A stretch of DNA of 64,000 bases. Source: Leidyana gryllorum EB-2025a (taxonomy: Eukaryota > Protista > Apicomplexa). Below the pieces are notes generated by a model, which had not been told where the DNA came from, searched no databases, and saw only the letters and a program-made list of their open reading frames with translations. Both the position numbers and the translations under genes were made by a program. The stretch spans positions 1 to 64,000 of the forward strand of contig JBLWGC010000035.1 of NCBI GenBank assembly GCA_048772705.1. Reading direction: 5' to 3'. Below, in pieces: positions 14,601 to 30,840 of the stretch (position 1 is its first letter; each line of letters starts with the position of its first letter).

Positions 14601-16185
14601 CAGAATGTCATATAGACCGCAACACACACATCAAATCCACTCACGTTTCGATCCCTTGACCGTAAGAGTACAGATGAGGTCCAGCTTCGTCCGTCAGAGC
14701 TAGCCTGGAAGATTGAGCGACGTTGCACGACATCTCATTAGATGCCGACGATGCCTTCCAGCCGAGTGAAAATGAAATACTTGCGAGTGTGGCAGCAGTA
14801 ACGATGAATGTGAATGTAAAAACACTTGTCTTCCTTGGAACCATCCCTAGCCCAAGAAGGAAGAAAGGAGTACATTTGGAAACCTTTTTCCTGAGCGCCG
14901 ATCAGCACCAGCGGTCCACTCAATAATGCCTTCTGGCCCGATTTTGCTATCCGCAAACACACCTTCAATGTTTTGATGGTCCACAGTAGCCAATGGCTGA
15001 TTCCGCCCTGCTCGGCCACCAAACTGCCGACTGTGATGATCGGTCCTTGTGGCCAACTCTGTGAAACTACTCGCCTCCGGCATGCCACTGGATGGTGGAC
15101 TCGTTATAGTCGGGTTTCGAGACTTAAATGCGGTCTCTGTACCTTCCGATATAGCTCCCAAGTGAGGTGGCCACCACAAACCGCGCCATAGTCCTTTGTC
15201 CTCGCTACTGACCACCGTGGACGGGTTTCGGGAACTGTTGACAAGGGTGGAACAATCGCTCAGGCTTCCGCGGGTGCCGGGCCGACCAGATTCCGCAACG
15301 GCAATCTGGGAGTGAGAGGTTAGATACTGAGTGGTAGCAGCAGGCGCGCGTGTGTGTGTCTCCGTCTCCGTGTGTGTTGATCCTCAGATCATGGCTGACG
15401 TCATCGTATGGGATAGCAGCTTCTATATTGTCGATCTTTGGGGCATTGATGGTCAAATCCGGGTGGCGATACAAAAATGAGTTCCTTCCTGAATGGCGAG
15501 ATTTATTGTTATGGAGGTGTCCATTCGCCGCCGGGTGATATGGAGCGATATGGGGTATCTGGGGTGGTGATTACTAGGAAGTGCGAGGGGATGTGGCGGT
15601 CCCTCGGCGGGGCGGACTCCTGCAACCGCCCGTATAGTATTGAAACGACCTTGTTGTGGGTTCTGGGAACTGGAGGGTACATCTGTGTGAATTTGACAGG
15701 ACGGGAGGGCACTGGAGCGGGGTTTGATATCATCTGGGTAGGATGTCTCCTGAGCCGATGGTGGGGAGGGTTGTTGGGTGTGTTTGCGGCGTTGACGGGA
15801 GAAGAGGAGAAAGGGTATGAGGATGAAGAAGATCGCCATTTCTGTGGTCCAGCAGAGTGTTAGGAAGGTATAGGGCCAGGTGAAGACGTGTTTGTAGTTG
15901 GCCTTGTCGCCTTTCCACATATCTGTCATCCACAGGCCCATGGCGTCGAAAAGGTTGAATAGTCGATGGGGCCTGTGAGGACTTGAGAGAGGCGAGGGTG
16001 GTGGTCTTGTCCTTCAACTTGGTTCATTCGGGTGGGGGTGGGTCGGTGATGCTACATGCTTCGTATAAATTGGCCCGAAAGACGGGTTCGCACCTGCGCA
16101 TTTGTTCCCCATTGTCGAATTGGCACAACTCAAAGCCGGAGCAACTGGCTAACAACAACAAAAGAGAACTCAGCAGTCTTCTCAT
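11603..16185 (-). pseudogene. Prominin/Tweety-like 5-TM family paralog P1 with C-terminal ankyrin repeats; 5' two-thirds disrupted
   Basis: Signal peptide plus the family Cys motif (MRRLLSSLLLLLASCSGFELCQFDNGEQMRRC..C). In-frame TGA at 16024-16026, in-frame TAG at 13911-13913 in TM4, and apparent frameshifts near 15980, 14900 and 13390. The 3' exons (C-x14-C, TM5, NSPLHLAA ankyrin) are intact. Confidence 0.6.
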
Positions 16186-16228
16186 TCAGTCAGCTGTCCC
16201 CTACTGACATGCCAATTCCAGTCAGTTT

Positions 16229-19200
16229 TTATCGACTCGCAGGTGGAAAACGATACGATACATTGCCAATCGGGGAGGCGCCGCCTGCACGACCGGTAGC
16301 GCCTTCTATATCTGCTCCGTATCGTCCAAGAACACGCAACACACGTTCTTTCGCCTCTTGTGGAAGTGCATCGTTCGACATTGCTACTTCGGCTGGCGTC
16401 AATCCCAACTGTCGAATTGCGGATGTTAAGATTATTTTGTGCCATCACTTACGTTGTTCTTTGCATTGGGGTCCCAGCCTTCCTCGCAGAGAAATCGCAC
16501 GCAATCAGTGAACCCTCCATTAGCACTGAGATGTAAAGGAGAATTCGCGAAATGGTCGTCCACGACGCTGTTTGGAGGTATCCGAGCAGCGGCGATCTGG
16601 TCCTTCACTCCCATGTGGGCTCCGGCGAACAGAGTAAGTTCACGCTCAGTATTGGGAGGTCGTACCGGCAAACTTTGGCCCCCACTCATTTTGTCTACCG
16701 CCAACAGAGGTATTGTTGGGGGGAGTGGCGCGGCTACTGCCTCTTCCACATCAATCTGATCATCAGCCTCCGCCGAGGGGGGGGTTTCGTCTTCTCCTTC
16801 GTCCACCTCCTCCTCAATGAAGAGGTCACTCGCCTGTTTCTCGAGGTCTTCCTCTTCAGCCGGCACATCCTCAACATCCGCGTTTTTCGGCTCTTCTTCA
16901 ATCACCGGCTCCTCCTCCTTTGCCTGCTGGGCCTCTTCGTCGTCCTCTGCTGCTTGGTGGGAGGGTTCATCGTCGTCCCTCTTCTCAGATCCGCCTTCCC
17001 TTTGGGAGCGGTTCCGAGCTTCTTTGGGCGGCTTGACGTACGATTTGCGGCGGTTAGTCCAGTGGTGCATTGCAAAGGAGAAGGCGACCAGCATCGTCAC
17101 AGCCATCAGCAGAGAGACCCACCCATTCACAGCCTACCGAGTTTGGGAATCGATCAACACTCAAATCCAATCTCACCAAGTGGCCACCCATGTTGGCACA
17201 GCCAAGGCGCCAGACATTGTTAAGGACGTCAAATGCTCGCTGACAGCCCCAGCGGTCTCGAACACTGGCGGTGGTGCTGTGAACGACTGCAATGAGTATT
17301 TATTGGGCTTCAAACTTTAAGGCGCTTACGAGAGAGGGGATTGATTTGCATAAAGGCGTTGTTGATGGACTGAATGACATCGTCTTTCTCCTTTATGGTG
17401 GACATCAATGACATGTCGTTTGCTAAAGCGTCTCGCCACTCGCTGTACTCTGTGAGGTCGTAGTATTCCAGGACGTTCTCTTTCGTCTGAACTCGGTGGA
17501 ACGGATGACATCGGGTGTCAACTGGACAAAGGTCGTAGGCAAAGTTGGCCCACTCTTCATTGGTCTGAGGAATCGGAGGGCTTCTGCGTAGGAACGCCCT
17601 CCCCTCTGCGAGGTTGGTGCGGATAATCAGATCGTAAGCCCGTTTGAACCACGCCGTCCGGGCTGCAGGATCGAGAGCGGCCAGGGCAACTGAGAGGTCC
17701 AGGGGAGGAGGGTCCCGGAAGAAATCGTCAGCCTCAATGGTATCAGCAGAGGAGTAGTAAGTGTTCTCTGTGGTGATCACCCACCTCGGTGAGCGGGTGC
17801 ACACCTCAGTGTTGGTGGTAGCACACACATATATCTCCGATCTGATCGCATTGTTGATCGCGCCCGTACTCTCCATCAGACCCTCATTGCTCAGTGCGTC
17901 ATACGAATTACCGCTTGGATATCGAGTGGACTCTACAAATGGGAGAGTATCGGCGTGTGTCGTCATGTAAGCGACAAGAGGAGTGTTGTCGACGGCCGCC
18001 CCCTCGACATCGAAAAGATCGCCGAGACCACTGAGATCGCTCTCATCTATGGGGTTCAGCTCATCCAAGTTGATTCCGAGGGCGTGCAGGAGATCACCCT
18101 TTCCAGTTTCTGACAAACACTCGTTGATCAGATCCTGAGTGTGGTCCACTCCGCTCCAGGTGTCGCCGTCCTGGTTGATGTCAAAGTACTCCAGATACAG
18201 TCCCTTTTCCAACAAATCCTTCTTGACGAAAGAACACACGTCGCCTGTCAAACTCGACACTGAGAGGTACGAGACCGCCAGACACAGCCCTGAGCAAAAA
18301 GGGAAACTGGGAAGAAATAGAGTGAGTGACTTACATATCCAGGCGCCGACGAAACCGCAAAAGATATAGAACCTCAGTCCTCTGGTGGGTCTCGCGTGGT
18401 CATCATTACGTCGGAGATACCGCCAGAAGAAGAAGCCGCCTAAGGCTAAGAATACGTAAGTAGTTACGGGAAACCAATGGTACAGCCACGGGCTCCATCC
18501 ATAAATGGTCCCATCAGTCCCCATGTCCTCATTTATGTCTTTAACAAGTTGCATTTCGTCGTCTATTGTCAAAACTTGGTGAATTATTGTCTTTCGACCA
18601 TCATATACTCCGTCAATGACATCATTCATGGCCTCAAGTGCTCCGGCACTCTCCCACCTCATTGTTGTGTCTTCCAGCAATATAGTCGTTGCCACTCCGT
18701 ACGGCAGCAACAGACCTCCAGACGAGGACAGCTGGGTCACGCGCAATAGTTCCCTCACGGGCTCGGCGTGCCTCAATCTCAACCCCAACTTGAAAGTCTG
18801 CTGCTCCCCCTTAGCCGTGGCCCACCCAAAATGCTCCACCTCCGAGAGGTACGTATCAGTCCACAGCAACGGAGCGAACAGTCCCCGGACCAACGGCGCT
18901 ACCAGAAGACCTATTCGGTCGTCGCTGGCAGCCATAAACTCCTCTATCGCCTCGGTCCGATCCACCACCGCTCCGGAGCTGCACAAACGATAGATAGACA
19001 GATAAGTGTGGGGCTATATGGGCCAAGGGGGGAAGGGGGGAGAAACACGCCGAACGAGGCCGAACGAGGCGGAAAGAGGCGAAAGACAGAGTGATCTAAG
19101 GACTTACAAACTGACAAAGCTGGCGATCCCCTCGAAAGAGGCGCCTTGGGAAGTTGTGACGTTCTCGTAGAGCAGAGAATATGGTTGGGCTAAACCTTCA

Positions 19201-19754
19201 CATTGAGCTTCATGAACCGCGTCCTCCAATTTAAAGGCGGAAATCTGGGCTCCAATTGTGCATCCAACAGCAATAGTCATACAGACCGAAAATACGACTA
19301 TCCCCCACACCTTTGGTTTAGAAGGTATAGACTTCTTCTTCCGACAACAGCAGCAGAATAACCAAATAGGAATAAAGGTCAATAAGAGCACCAATAAGAT
19401 AACTCCAATGATTAACCACATCAATGGCCACCACATTTGTGCCAAGACCTTGCGGATGTGAGACCAGTCCCATTTCCAATCAATGTCGTTGCTTGCGTTC
19501 TCTTCAAGTGACCATCGGACGAGACTGAACCCATTGAAGAACTTGGACACAGCTAGTCCACCCCAGGCTGCCGAATTGGCCGAAAGCATTCCATCCGATG
19601 ATCGCCCAGGCTCGCAGTACTCATCCACCACCATCTTCCAGCGATCCTGGCATCCCAGGAGGGTTTCCTCGTCGTACATTTGACACCATGGAGGGTGACC
19701 GTTGCAGACGCCATTCAGACAAACAGCTGCAATGAAAGCGTTGAACAGGCGCAT
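16229..19754 (-). CDS. Prominin/Tweety-like 5-TM protein P2 with acidic linker and ankyrin-repeat cytoplasmic tail
   Basis: Signal peptide MRLFNAF, TM1 followed by CCCCRKKK, TM2, CEGLAQPYSLLY, TM3/TM4 with GDVCSF, a spliced exon WGCQRAFDVLNNVWRLGC, TM5 AVNGWVSLL, then ANSPLHLSA...LGLTPAEVA. Confidence 0.75.
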
Positions 19755-20001
19755 GGCTAAAAGTTTGACGCACCCAAAAAACCAATCTATCTTGGAATAA
19801 AGGTCGGATCTAAAAGCGCAGTTCAAATTACGCGACGCGCATTCACTGTATATGTGCAACACACCATCGTCACCTTCTTTCTCATAAGCCGAGGCGCAAC
19901 TCAACAAATCACTCTCCATCAGCCAACACTTACACCTTCTTCCCGGAAGAGCACCGCACCATATACGCTACGTACTCTGCCAATTCCGCCTTACAATCAG
20001 A

Positions 20002-22950
20002 TCAGTTCCCATCTCCCTCATTTTCTTTGTCCCCTTCACCCCTTCCGAGACTCTGCACCTCGTCTCCACTGAAACTGCCAGTGTCCTTGAGATCGTCCTT
20101 CACCGACTCTGCCCTCTCCGCTTCATCATCCACTCCCTGCGACATCACCATTTTCATCGCTTCCGAGTTTTGCATATCCTGCAACGCTTCAATGTCCTCC
20201 TCGTTCATCTCCTCCGTCGTGCATATCACTCCGTCTTCTTCCTCTCTGCTCCTCCTCTTCTTGCCATTCTTTTTGTCATGAAGATAATTCTCTCGGCGGT
20301 GGGTCCAATGCGACATGGCAATGGAGGAACCAATGAGCATCACAACGCCCATCAATAACGAAAACCATCCGTTCACCGCCTACCCAACACAGATATGTTG
20401 TGACCTGATCAATCGCACACAAACTCACCACATTACCAGCAGTGGCACCACAAACAACCCTGTACATGTTATCCAGAGCAGTGAAGCCGCTACTGCATCT
20501 CCATCGATCATTGATTGTCACGGTGGTTCTACTCAGCACTGCAGACATAAGAGATGATGTTCAGCGTTCAAGTGTCTTTCCCAGCCGCAGCGCACACGTG
20601 TGTGCTGCGACATCGACAGTTGGACTTACATTGCAGTGGGTTCACACTCTCGAATATTGTGATGTAGGTATCCAAGAGCTCCTCCAGGTCTGATATAGCA
20701 GCAGTGTCGTAGAGTGAATAGAGCATTTGCCATCTCCAGACGGTGAGTTGAGTGGATGTAAGGCCCATGGGCTTCTGATTGAAGGTCTCAATGTAGTGGA
20801 AGGGCGAACATTCTGAGCCGATAGGGCAGTTGTCATAGATGTAATTGAACCATCCGGTTGCGTCTGTCGGGGTGGGCATGGGCCTCCGTTTGAATCCTTT
20901 AGCAGAGATGAGTTGAGTTCGGATAATTAGATCAGTGGCTTTCTTGAACCATTGGGCACGTACAGTATCAGACAGAGACAGTAGAGCCACCATCAGATCA
21001 GCGGGTGGATTCTCCTTGAAGAATGATCCAGGACTCGATGACCCTTCATGATAGTAGGTGTTGCCCATCGAGATGAGATAAACTTTTTGTCCCGCGCCAG
21101 ACGCACAGATGGCTCTGTCCTTCGTTGAGCAGACATAGACAGAGGAGGTGAGAGCGTTATTGAGATCGACGGTTAGCTCATGAAGGGCCACCTCGCTGAG
21201 CGCATCAGCGCCCTGCGGGCTTGGGTGATCAATTGATTCGATCCGCTGTAGATCGGCGCCTGTTTGCTTGATATAGTTATTAAGAGGGGTTGTGTCCAGC
21301 GTCTCGTGATCAGAAATGAGGTTTTTCAGGTTGGAGAAGGTGGAGCGGTCCAAAGTATTGAGCATGAAGAGATTGATTCCCAAAGCGTTGAGGATGTAGC
21401 CATCAGAAGTGTCCAGTAGGCAGCCATTAATGAGGGCTTGCGTATGCTGGTTACTCTTCATGTTGAAGTGCTCCAGATATCGTCCTCCTTCCAGCAGTTC
21501 GCGTCTGCCGAAGGCACACACATCCGCGGTACCACTGGAAATGCTCAACAATGCCACAGCCCAAGTGAGCCCTGTCATGTTCAAATATGAGAGAGTCTGG
21601 GAGGTATGGTAGTGACTTACATACACAGGCCCCTATGTATCCACAATAGATATACCAGTTGAGGCCCCGAGTCGGTCGTGCGCCGGCATCCTTCCTTCTA
21701 AGATACCGCCAGAAGTAAAAACAACCAATTGCCAAAAACAGATAAGAAGCGAATGGGAACCAGTGATATTGCCAGGGGTGCTGTCCGTAAATTGTCTTTT
21801 GACCCATATCGTCATTGAGATCTTGCATCTTCTGCATGGCATCGGAAATGGTTGAAACTTCTTCATTGAGTGTCTCTGAGGAGCTCTCGAATCCATTGAT
21901 GATGTCCCCAAGACCGTTCAATGTTTGTACTGCATCGAAAGTCGTAGTCTGGTCATCCAGCAGTATGTCAGCCAACAGGGGGAACGGCAACCCGGAGCTA
22001 GCAGATGGCCTTCGCTCGTTAAGCTGTGCCTCGATAAACTCGGCGTGCGCGAGACGCAAGCCCAGTGTAAAGTTGACATCAACCCCCTCAGCGTTTCCCC
22101 AGCCATGGTGCTCGTGAGCCGACAGAAAATGGTTTGTCCATGTTACACCAGAATACAAACCCCGGATCAACGGCACGATTAGCGGTCCGGTGCGCCCGCT
22201 TGTGGCTCGGATCAAATTCTCAGTGACATAGGTCCGCTCAGTCACAGCATCAGTACTGTGTGCACACACATTTGTATTTGACAATTAGCCCAAGGAGCCT
22301 TACTAATTCATAAAAGCTCCTAAACCTTCGAACCTTCGGTCTTCACCAGACCATGTTGTTTGATACAACAAGGAATATGGCTGAGCCATACCTTGACATT
22401 GAAGATCACGAGCTCCGTTAACCGCCTTGAAAGCGGATATTTGAGCGCCAATGGTACACGCAAGCGCCAGCAGCCCCAGAATGGAGAACACTACGATGCT
22501 TGCGATCTTTGATCTGGGGTCACTGGCTTTCCCTCTGCGGCAACAACAGCAGAAGAGCCAAACTGGGATGAATGTCGCAGTCAGCAGAATCAGCAAAATT
22601 GTCACGATCGCCCATAGCACGGGCCACCAACCCTGTTGCAGTGATGTCCAGACATAGTCCTCATCCCACGACCAATCCCAGTTCTGGGCCGCCGCCCAAT
22701 CCACCACACTATCGCCATTGAAAGCTTCCACAGTCTTGAGGCCAGCTAATGCAGCGGATGAGGCTCCCACTTTCGTATTGTAGAGAGAAAGAGAGCCGCA
22801 AACCCGTTTGACATTATCGGCCCATGGTTCTTGGCAAGCGGCCATCGATTCCTTGTCATGGAAGCGACATATAGTGTTCTGATACTGGCCACCGACCACT
22901 TCGCGACTGAACAGACTCAAAGCTGCAAGACAAAGTGAGATTAACCGCAT
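20002..22950 (-). CDS. Prominin/Tweety-like 5-TM protein P3 (closest to P2), short acidic tail
   Basis: Signal peptide MRLISLC, CCCCRRGK, CQGMAQPYSLLY, ADVCAF, exon WRCSSGFTALDNMYRVVC, TM5 AVNGWFSLL. Introns fall at the same positions as in P2. Confidence 0.75.
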
Positions 22951-22988
22951 GATTGCAAGCACTCTTGAATCTCCAGTCTGCAAAAAAG

Positions 22989-26761
<3,773 letters not shown>

Positions 26762-26784
26762 TAAACATGCCCTATCACATCAGC

Positions 26785-29700
26785 CTAAAAAACAGTTTGA
26801 GGAGCAGGTCGCCACAAGCACATCTGGCACAAAGATACCATCATCAGGAGGACTGAGAGGGCAAAGAAAAGCAGAAGCAGCCATCCTAACCAGCCAAACA
26901 CCCCGTCGCAGCCCAACTCATAAACTCTTTTTACCACGTCCCCTAGCGCCTCACAAGAGTAAGCTTCTTCAATGTAGTCTAGACTGCGTCCCACCACTAA
27001 AAAGCAAATGACATGCTCGCAACAGCACCCCCAAGAGGCAGCAAAGCCAAATTTGATCATTCTGGGGGATGCACACTGAGGGGCAAAGATGCACACTGAG
27101 CGGCAAAGATGCACACTGAGTGCGTGTACATTTTCGCAACCCAATTGCACATGTTATGCACGCACACCGAAGGAGACGCGGGCCGACGCACATATTCACT
27201 CTCAGACACACTCACACACATGTTGTCACGATGTGTCAGTGACCGTTTCACAGAGATATGATACAAGTCGCGGGCTTACCATGTTTGAATGAATTGTTGC
27301 GGCCGAAGTCGACGGTCATATCGATGAGGGAGTGGTAGGAGGAGAAGTGTGTGAGTGACTTGGAATGTTGGGCGAACTCAGTCTTCCATGTAGAGTAGTT
27401 AAGGGTGTAGACGGAGAGGCCGCCTTGGGGTGTGGCCTCAGCAATGACGAAAGGGTAGCAGGGTGAGGCGGGAGGGCAAAGGATGGAGGGTCCGAAGGTC
27501 CAATCTGGTCCTTGGACGACATTATCGGAGGACTGTACGAGGAGGGGTCGAGGGTGTAGCGCTGCGGTGGCCTTAGCGATGGCGTATAGGAGTTGGCAGA
27601 GGTGTTGTTCGGGAGTGTGGTGCCAGTAGTCGAAGACCTGGCGTAATCGGCGATCGGGTGTGATTTGATGGCGCGAGGCGGCGTTGGGTTCATTGTAGAC
27701 GGAGGATGTATCAACGAGTATCGTCTCTTTATGGGTGTCTGATTGGTGGCACCTTTTTTGTGAGAATGTACATAATTTGAAGGGGCATTTGGGGTCCAAA
27801 TGAGTGTTGATATATTGTGTGATATCTTCGAGATCTTCTAGTCCCACCGCAGCTTTGAGGTCACTGTCTTGGATCTCGAGATTGACGACGACCTCTGTAT
27901 AGCTGGTGGGATCCTCGAGAAAGTCTCCGAGATCGACGTCCACGGTGACGGTGCCTGGGGTTGTTTTCAGTACTTCCCTCCATTGCTCCCAGAGCGTGTC
28001 GGGGAAGACAGGTACATGGGCGGCCAGCCCGTTCCAGTAGGCGGCTGAGAGCTCGCCTGTGCTGTTATAGAGGCCGCATCGGTTAGCAAAGACGGGGTCA
28101 ATGGAGGGTTCATCAAAAACCTCGGCATACAGACCTTTGGTCAGGAGGGTGTCGCTGATAAGTACGCAGCCCTCGCCGTACCAGAGGAACATCGCCGAGA
28201 GCACACCGGCAGCGCCCATGCCGATAGCGGCGAGCAACAGGCCGACGAGCACCTGCAGTCTGTTGGATTTGCGTCTCGTTGTCGGTCGAACGACGAGACG
28301 GTACAGTTGAGCGAGTGTGAAGACAATTATGGCACTTAGGAAGGAGATCATTACACCGAGGCCCATTTTGCCTTGGACGGGGAGTGAGCCGGGAATTGTG
28401 TGTACAGCCGCGTCCATCCAGCTGGAGACGCCTTCTAACATATCATTCAGATAAGCTAAGAGAGCGGTAAACCGAAACTGCTGCAATCTCATTTCGATCG
28501 CCAACGCATCTGTAGGGGCAGCTAGAGGGACCTCACCAACTCGGGACCAAAAATCAGAATAGGGTATGGAGACCACATCGGGGAAAGGCTGTGGTGGAGA
28601 CGGTAATTTTGGAGCCTTTTCTGAATCATCCCACTGGAAGCTCCCCGCCGTTGCCGTCTCTGCAGCTAAGGCCGCCGTCTCTGCAGCTAAGGCCGCCGTC
28701 TCCGCAGCTAAGGCCGCCGTCTCCGCAGCTAAGGCCGCCGTCTCTGCAGCTAAGGCCGCCGTCTCTGCAGCTAAGGCCGCCGTCTCCGCAGCTAAGGCCG
28801 CCGTCTCCGCAGCTAAGGCCGCCTTCTCCGCTTCCATCTCGTCTTTCTCGCCCGCTAATGTCTTCTTTTGATCAGTGAAGAGCTCCATGACGAGATTTTC
28901 GGCAGAGGAGAGTGTGAAGCCATAGCCAAAGACTGCATCGTTTTCCTCTGCGTCTTTCCAGCCGGTGAAGGATTCGAAACCGCCCAACTGATTGCTTAGC
29001 AGAACTCCGCCGTAGATATAGGCTGTGAGCTCCTGCATGAGGGGCGTGGCCGATCCCCCCAGGAAGCGAAGGTTGCCGGACCATTGGGCCATTTGCAGAC
29101 TGAGCTGATGGATGTCTGTCATATAGGCCAGCATTCCGTTGAACTCCCGACCTCCAGTGGTGGGGATCTTTGTAGTGTAGAGCATATGGAAAGGTTCTTG
29201 AATCGCGGCACAGATGAGTGCTTGATGCACCCCATACATACGCGGAATCAATATCGCACACGTCAAACTTAGAACGAGGACCAAAGCGCTCCCGATTACA
29301 ATCCACACCGCCGTCTGAGTCGAGAACGCCCACGTCCAGTCACTCGGACACTCCAAGAGATCGGCCGCGACAGTCCCATTGGAAGGGGGAGGGGAGGAGG
29401 ATCCCCTATTATCTTTGTTTCTCTGTCCTCGTCGTCCACGCTGACACGAGCGGAGCGGATGATGCGTCTTAACGGTAATGAGCTTAGAGGACAGAGAGGA
29501 GCTGCGGTCCAGCGGCTGGAACGGACGTCGGCCATCTTCGAGGTCGGGGCCGTCCCGCGGGGACATTGCATATTCACTGGTGAACCGCCGCGTCAGTATG
29601 CTGCCCAACCGAACAGAACGCGTCGTCGGTGAGGTCACTGTTGTCGTCTTGAGCCCCAAATCAAAATCATCACCAGACGAAGATTGCCGCCAAATGTTAT

Positions 29701-30634
29701 TTTCTTCGCTCTCTTCGTCCCCCATGCCCGAAGAACAGACATCTTGAAATGATGCCACGTCGTCGTCGTCGGCGATAGATTCTCCTCCCACGAATTGCAA
29801 AGCCGCCGGCGGGTGGTCTAAATAGAAACTTTCTTCGAACCGAGACGCTCCTCCTGGTTTGGCCACAGACGCAGTCGTCTGCAGCCTCCCGCCCCCCTCC
29901 TCTTCGTGAGGGATTATTGTACCAACCGCGAGGGTCGAATGGGTTGTATTAAAGGAAAAACGACACGCCCGGCCGCCGGAATTGATGGGTATTTGATACA
30001 TACGGAATAGATCAGGACACGTATTGGTAGTACTTAACCCGGGGAAACCCGTAAGAGTCACGTCCTTGTTAATCGAGGCCCGCGGCTTGCTGCCCCGACA
30101 CGCCGGCGGCTCATAGTGACCGTCCAAACTCGATCTCAAAGCTGCCATCGGAGGCGGCCGTCCCTGAGGGTCGTTCGGTATTGGGGGCCGCGGGGACGGT
30201 AACCCGTCTCGGAAGCGAACTAAACGAGACACACGGCTCAACGGATCCACCTCGCGCTCCCCAGATGTCGGCAGAAAGTACTTCAACACAGGCCACACGC
30301 AGAACAATGCGATCAGACTCATCAGCAGAGCCACCCCAATGAACAGCATTGGCACCCACGTCCCGTTACCCTGCTCAGGTGAATCATAAGGTATACCCAA
30401 CAGCTCCACGAACCCATTGTGACGAAACACACTTGGCCATATATGTAATAGTCGATAAACCCAGCGCTGCTTTTGCACTGCCGAAACCTCCGGAAGACTT
30501 GGACGCGAAACATAATGTTTACCACATAACTCCTCAACCGTCCGGGTCCAACTCCTCCGACACTCGCCCAAGGACGTCAAATCAGAAAAACGACAACTCC
30601 CCCAATCTTCGCTCAAGTATCTTCTACTACCCAT
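26785..30634 (-). CDS. Prominin/Tweety-like 5-TM protein P5 with large TM1-TM2 insertion and heptad repeat
   Basis: The 1128-aa ORF carries the family motifs (CRFSDLTSLGEC, CAAIQEPFHMLY, FTGW, GEGCVL, CPPASPCYPF). Intron 26997-27279 leads to YSCEALGDVVKRVYELGC and TM5. Confidence 0.72.
27068..27120. repeat. 20-bp tandem repeat, about 2.6 copies, intronic
   Basis: gatgcacactgag(g/c)ggcaaa repeated. Confidence 0.85.
28653..28820. repeat. Coding 21-bp minisatellite x8 encoding (ALAAETA)8
   Basis: Unit gccgtctc(t/c)gcagctaaggcc in eight head-to-tail copies with only one variable, synonymous position. Confidence 0.97.
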
Positions 30635-30840
30635 TAGCCATCTTTTTTCAACACTACACTAGTGAATCGACAGATAGACGGACAGAAAAACAAAGTTCGT
30701 GATCAGACTGTTAGTGGTTGCTCAAATTACTCCAGTCAAAGCTGACAGACTGCCAGCATACAATAGAGAGATAGATGATCGGATTATGCCACATCAATCA
30801 CCGCACAACCCCCCCCCCCCGACCTCCGTACCGAAACAAA

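Noticed and set aside
13911-16026. Stop-codon reassignment or selenocysteine to explain the in-frame TAG/TGA in P1
   Set aside because: TAG and TGA end conserved genes at expected positions (flippase, UGT, RPA12). The lesions are confined to one gene and co-occur with frameshifts.
20002-20376. Independent small TM genes alternating with large genes (toxin/immunity-like pairs); also 16432-17130 and 12163-12756
   Set aside because: They lack their own ATG at the 5' boundary, are preceded by AG acceptors, and splice in frame as the TM5 exons of the upstream paralog.
28653-28820. Possible CRISPR array
   Set aside because: The units are contiguous with no spacers, lie in frame within a CDS, and the context is eukaryotic with no cas genes.
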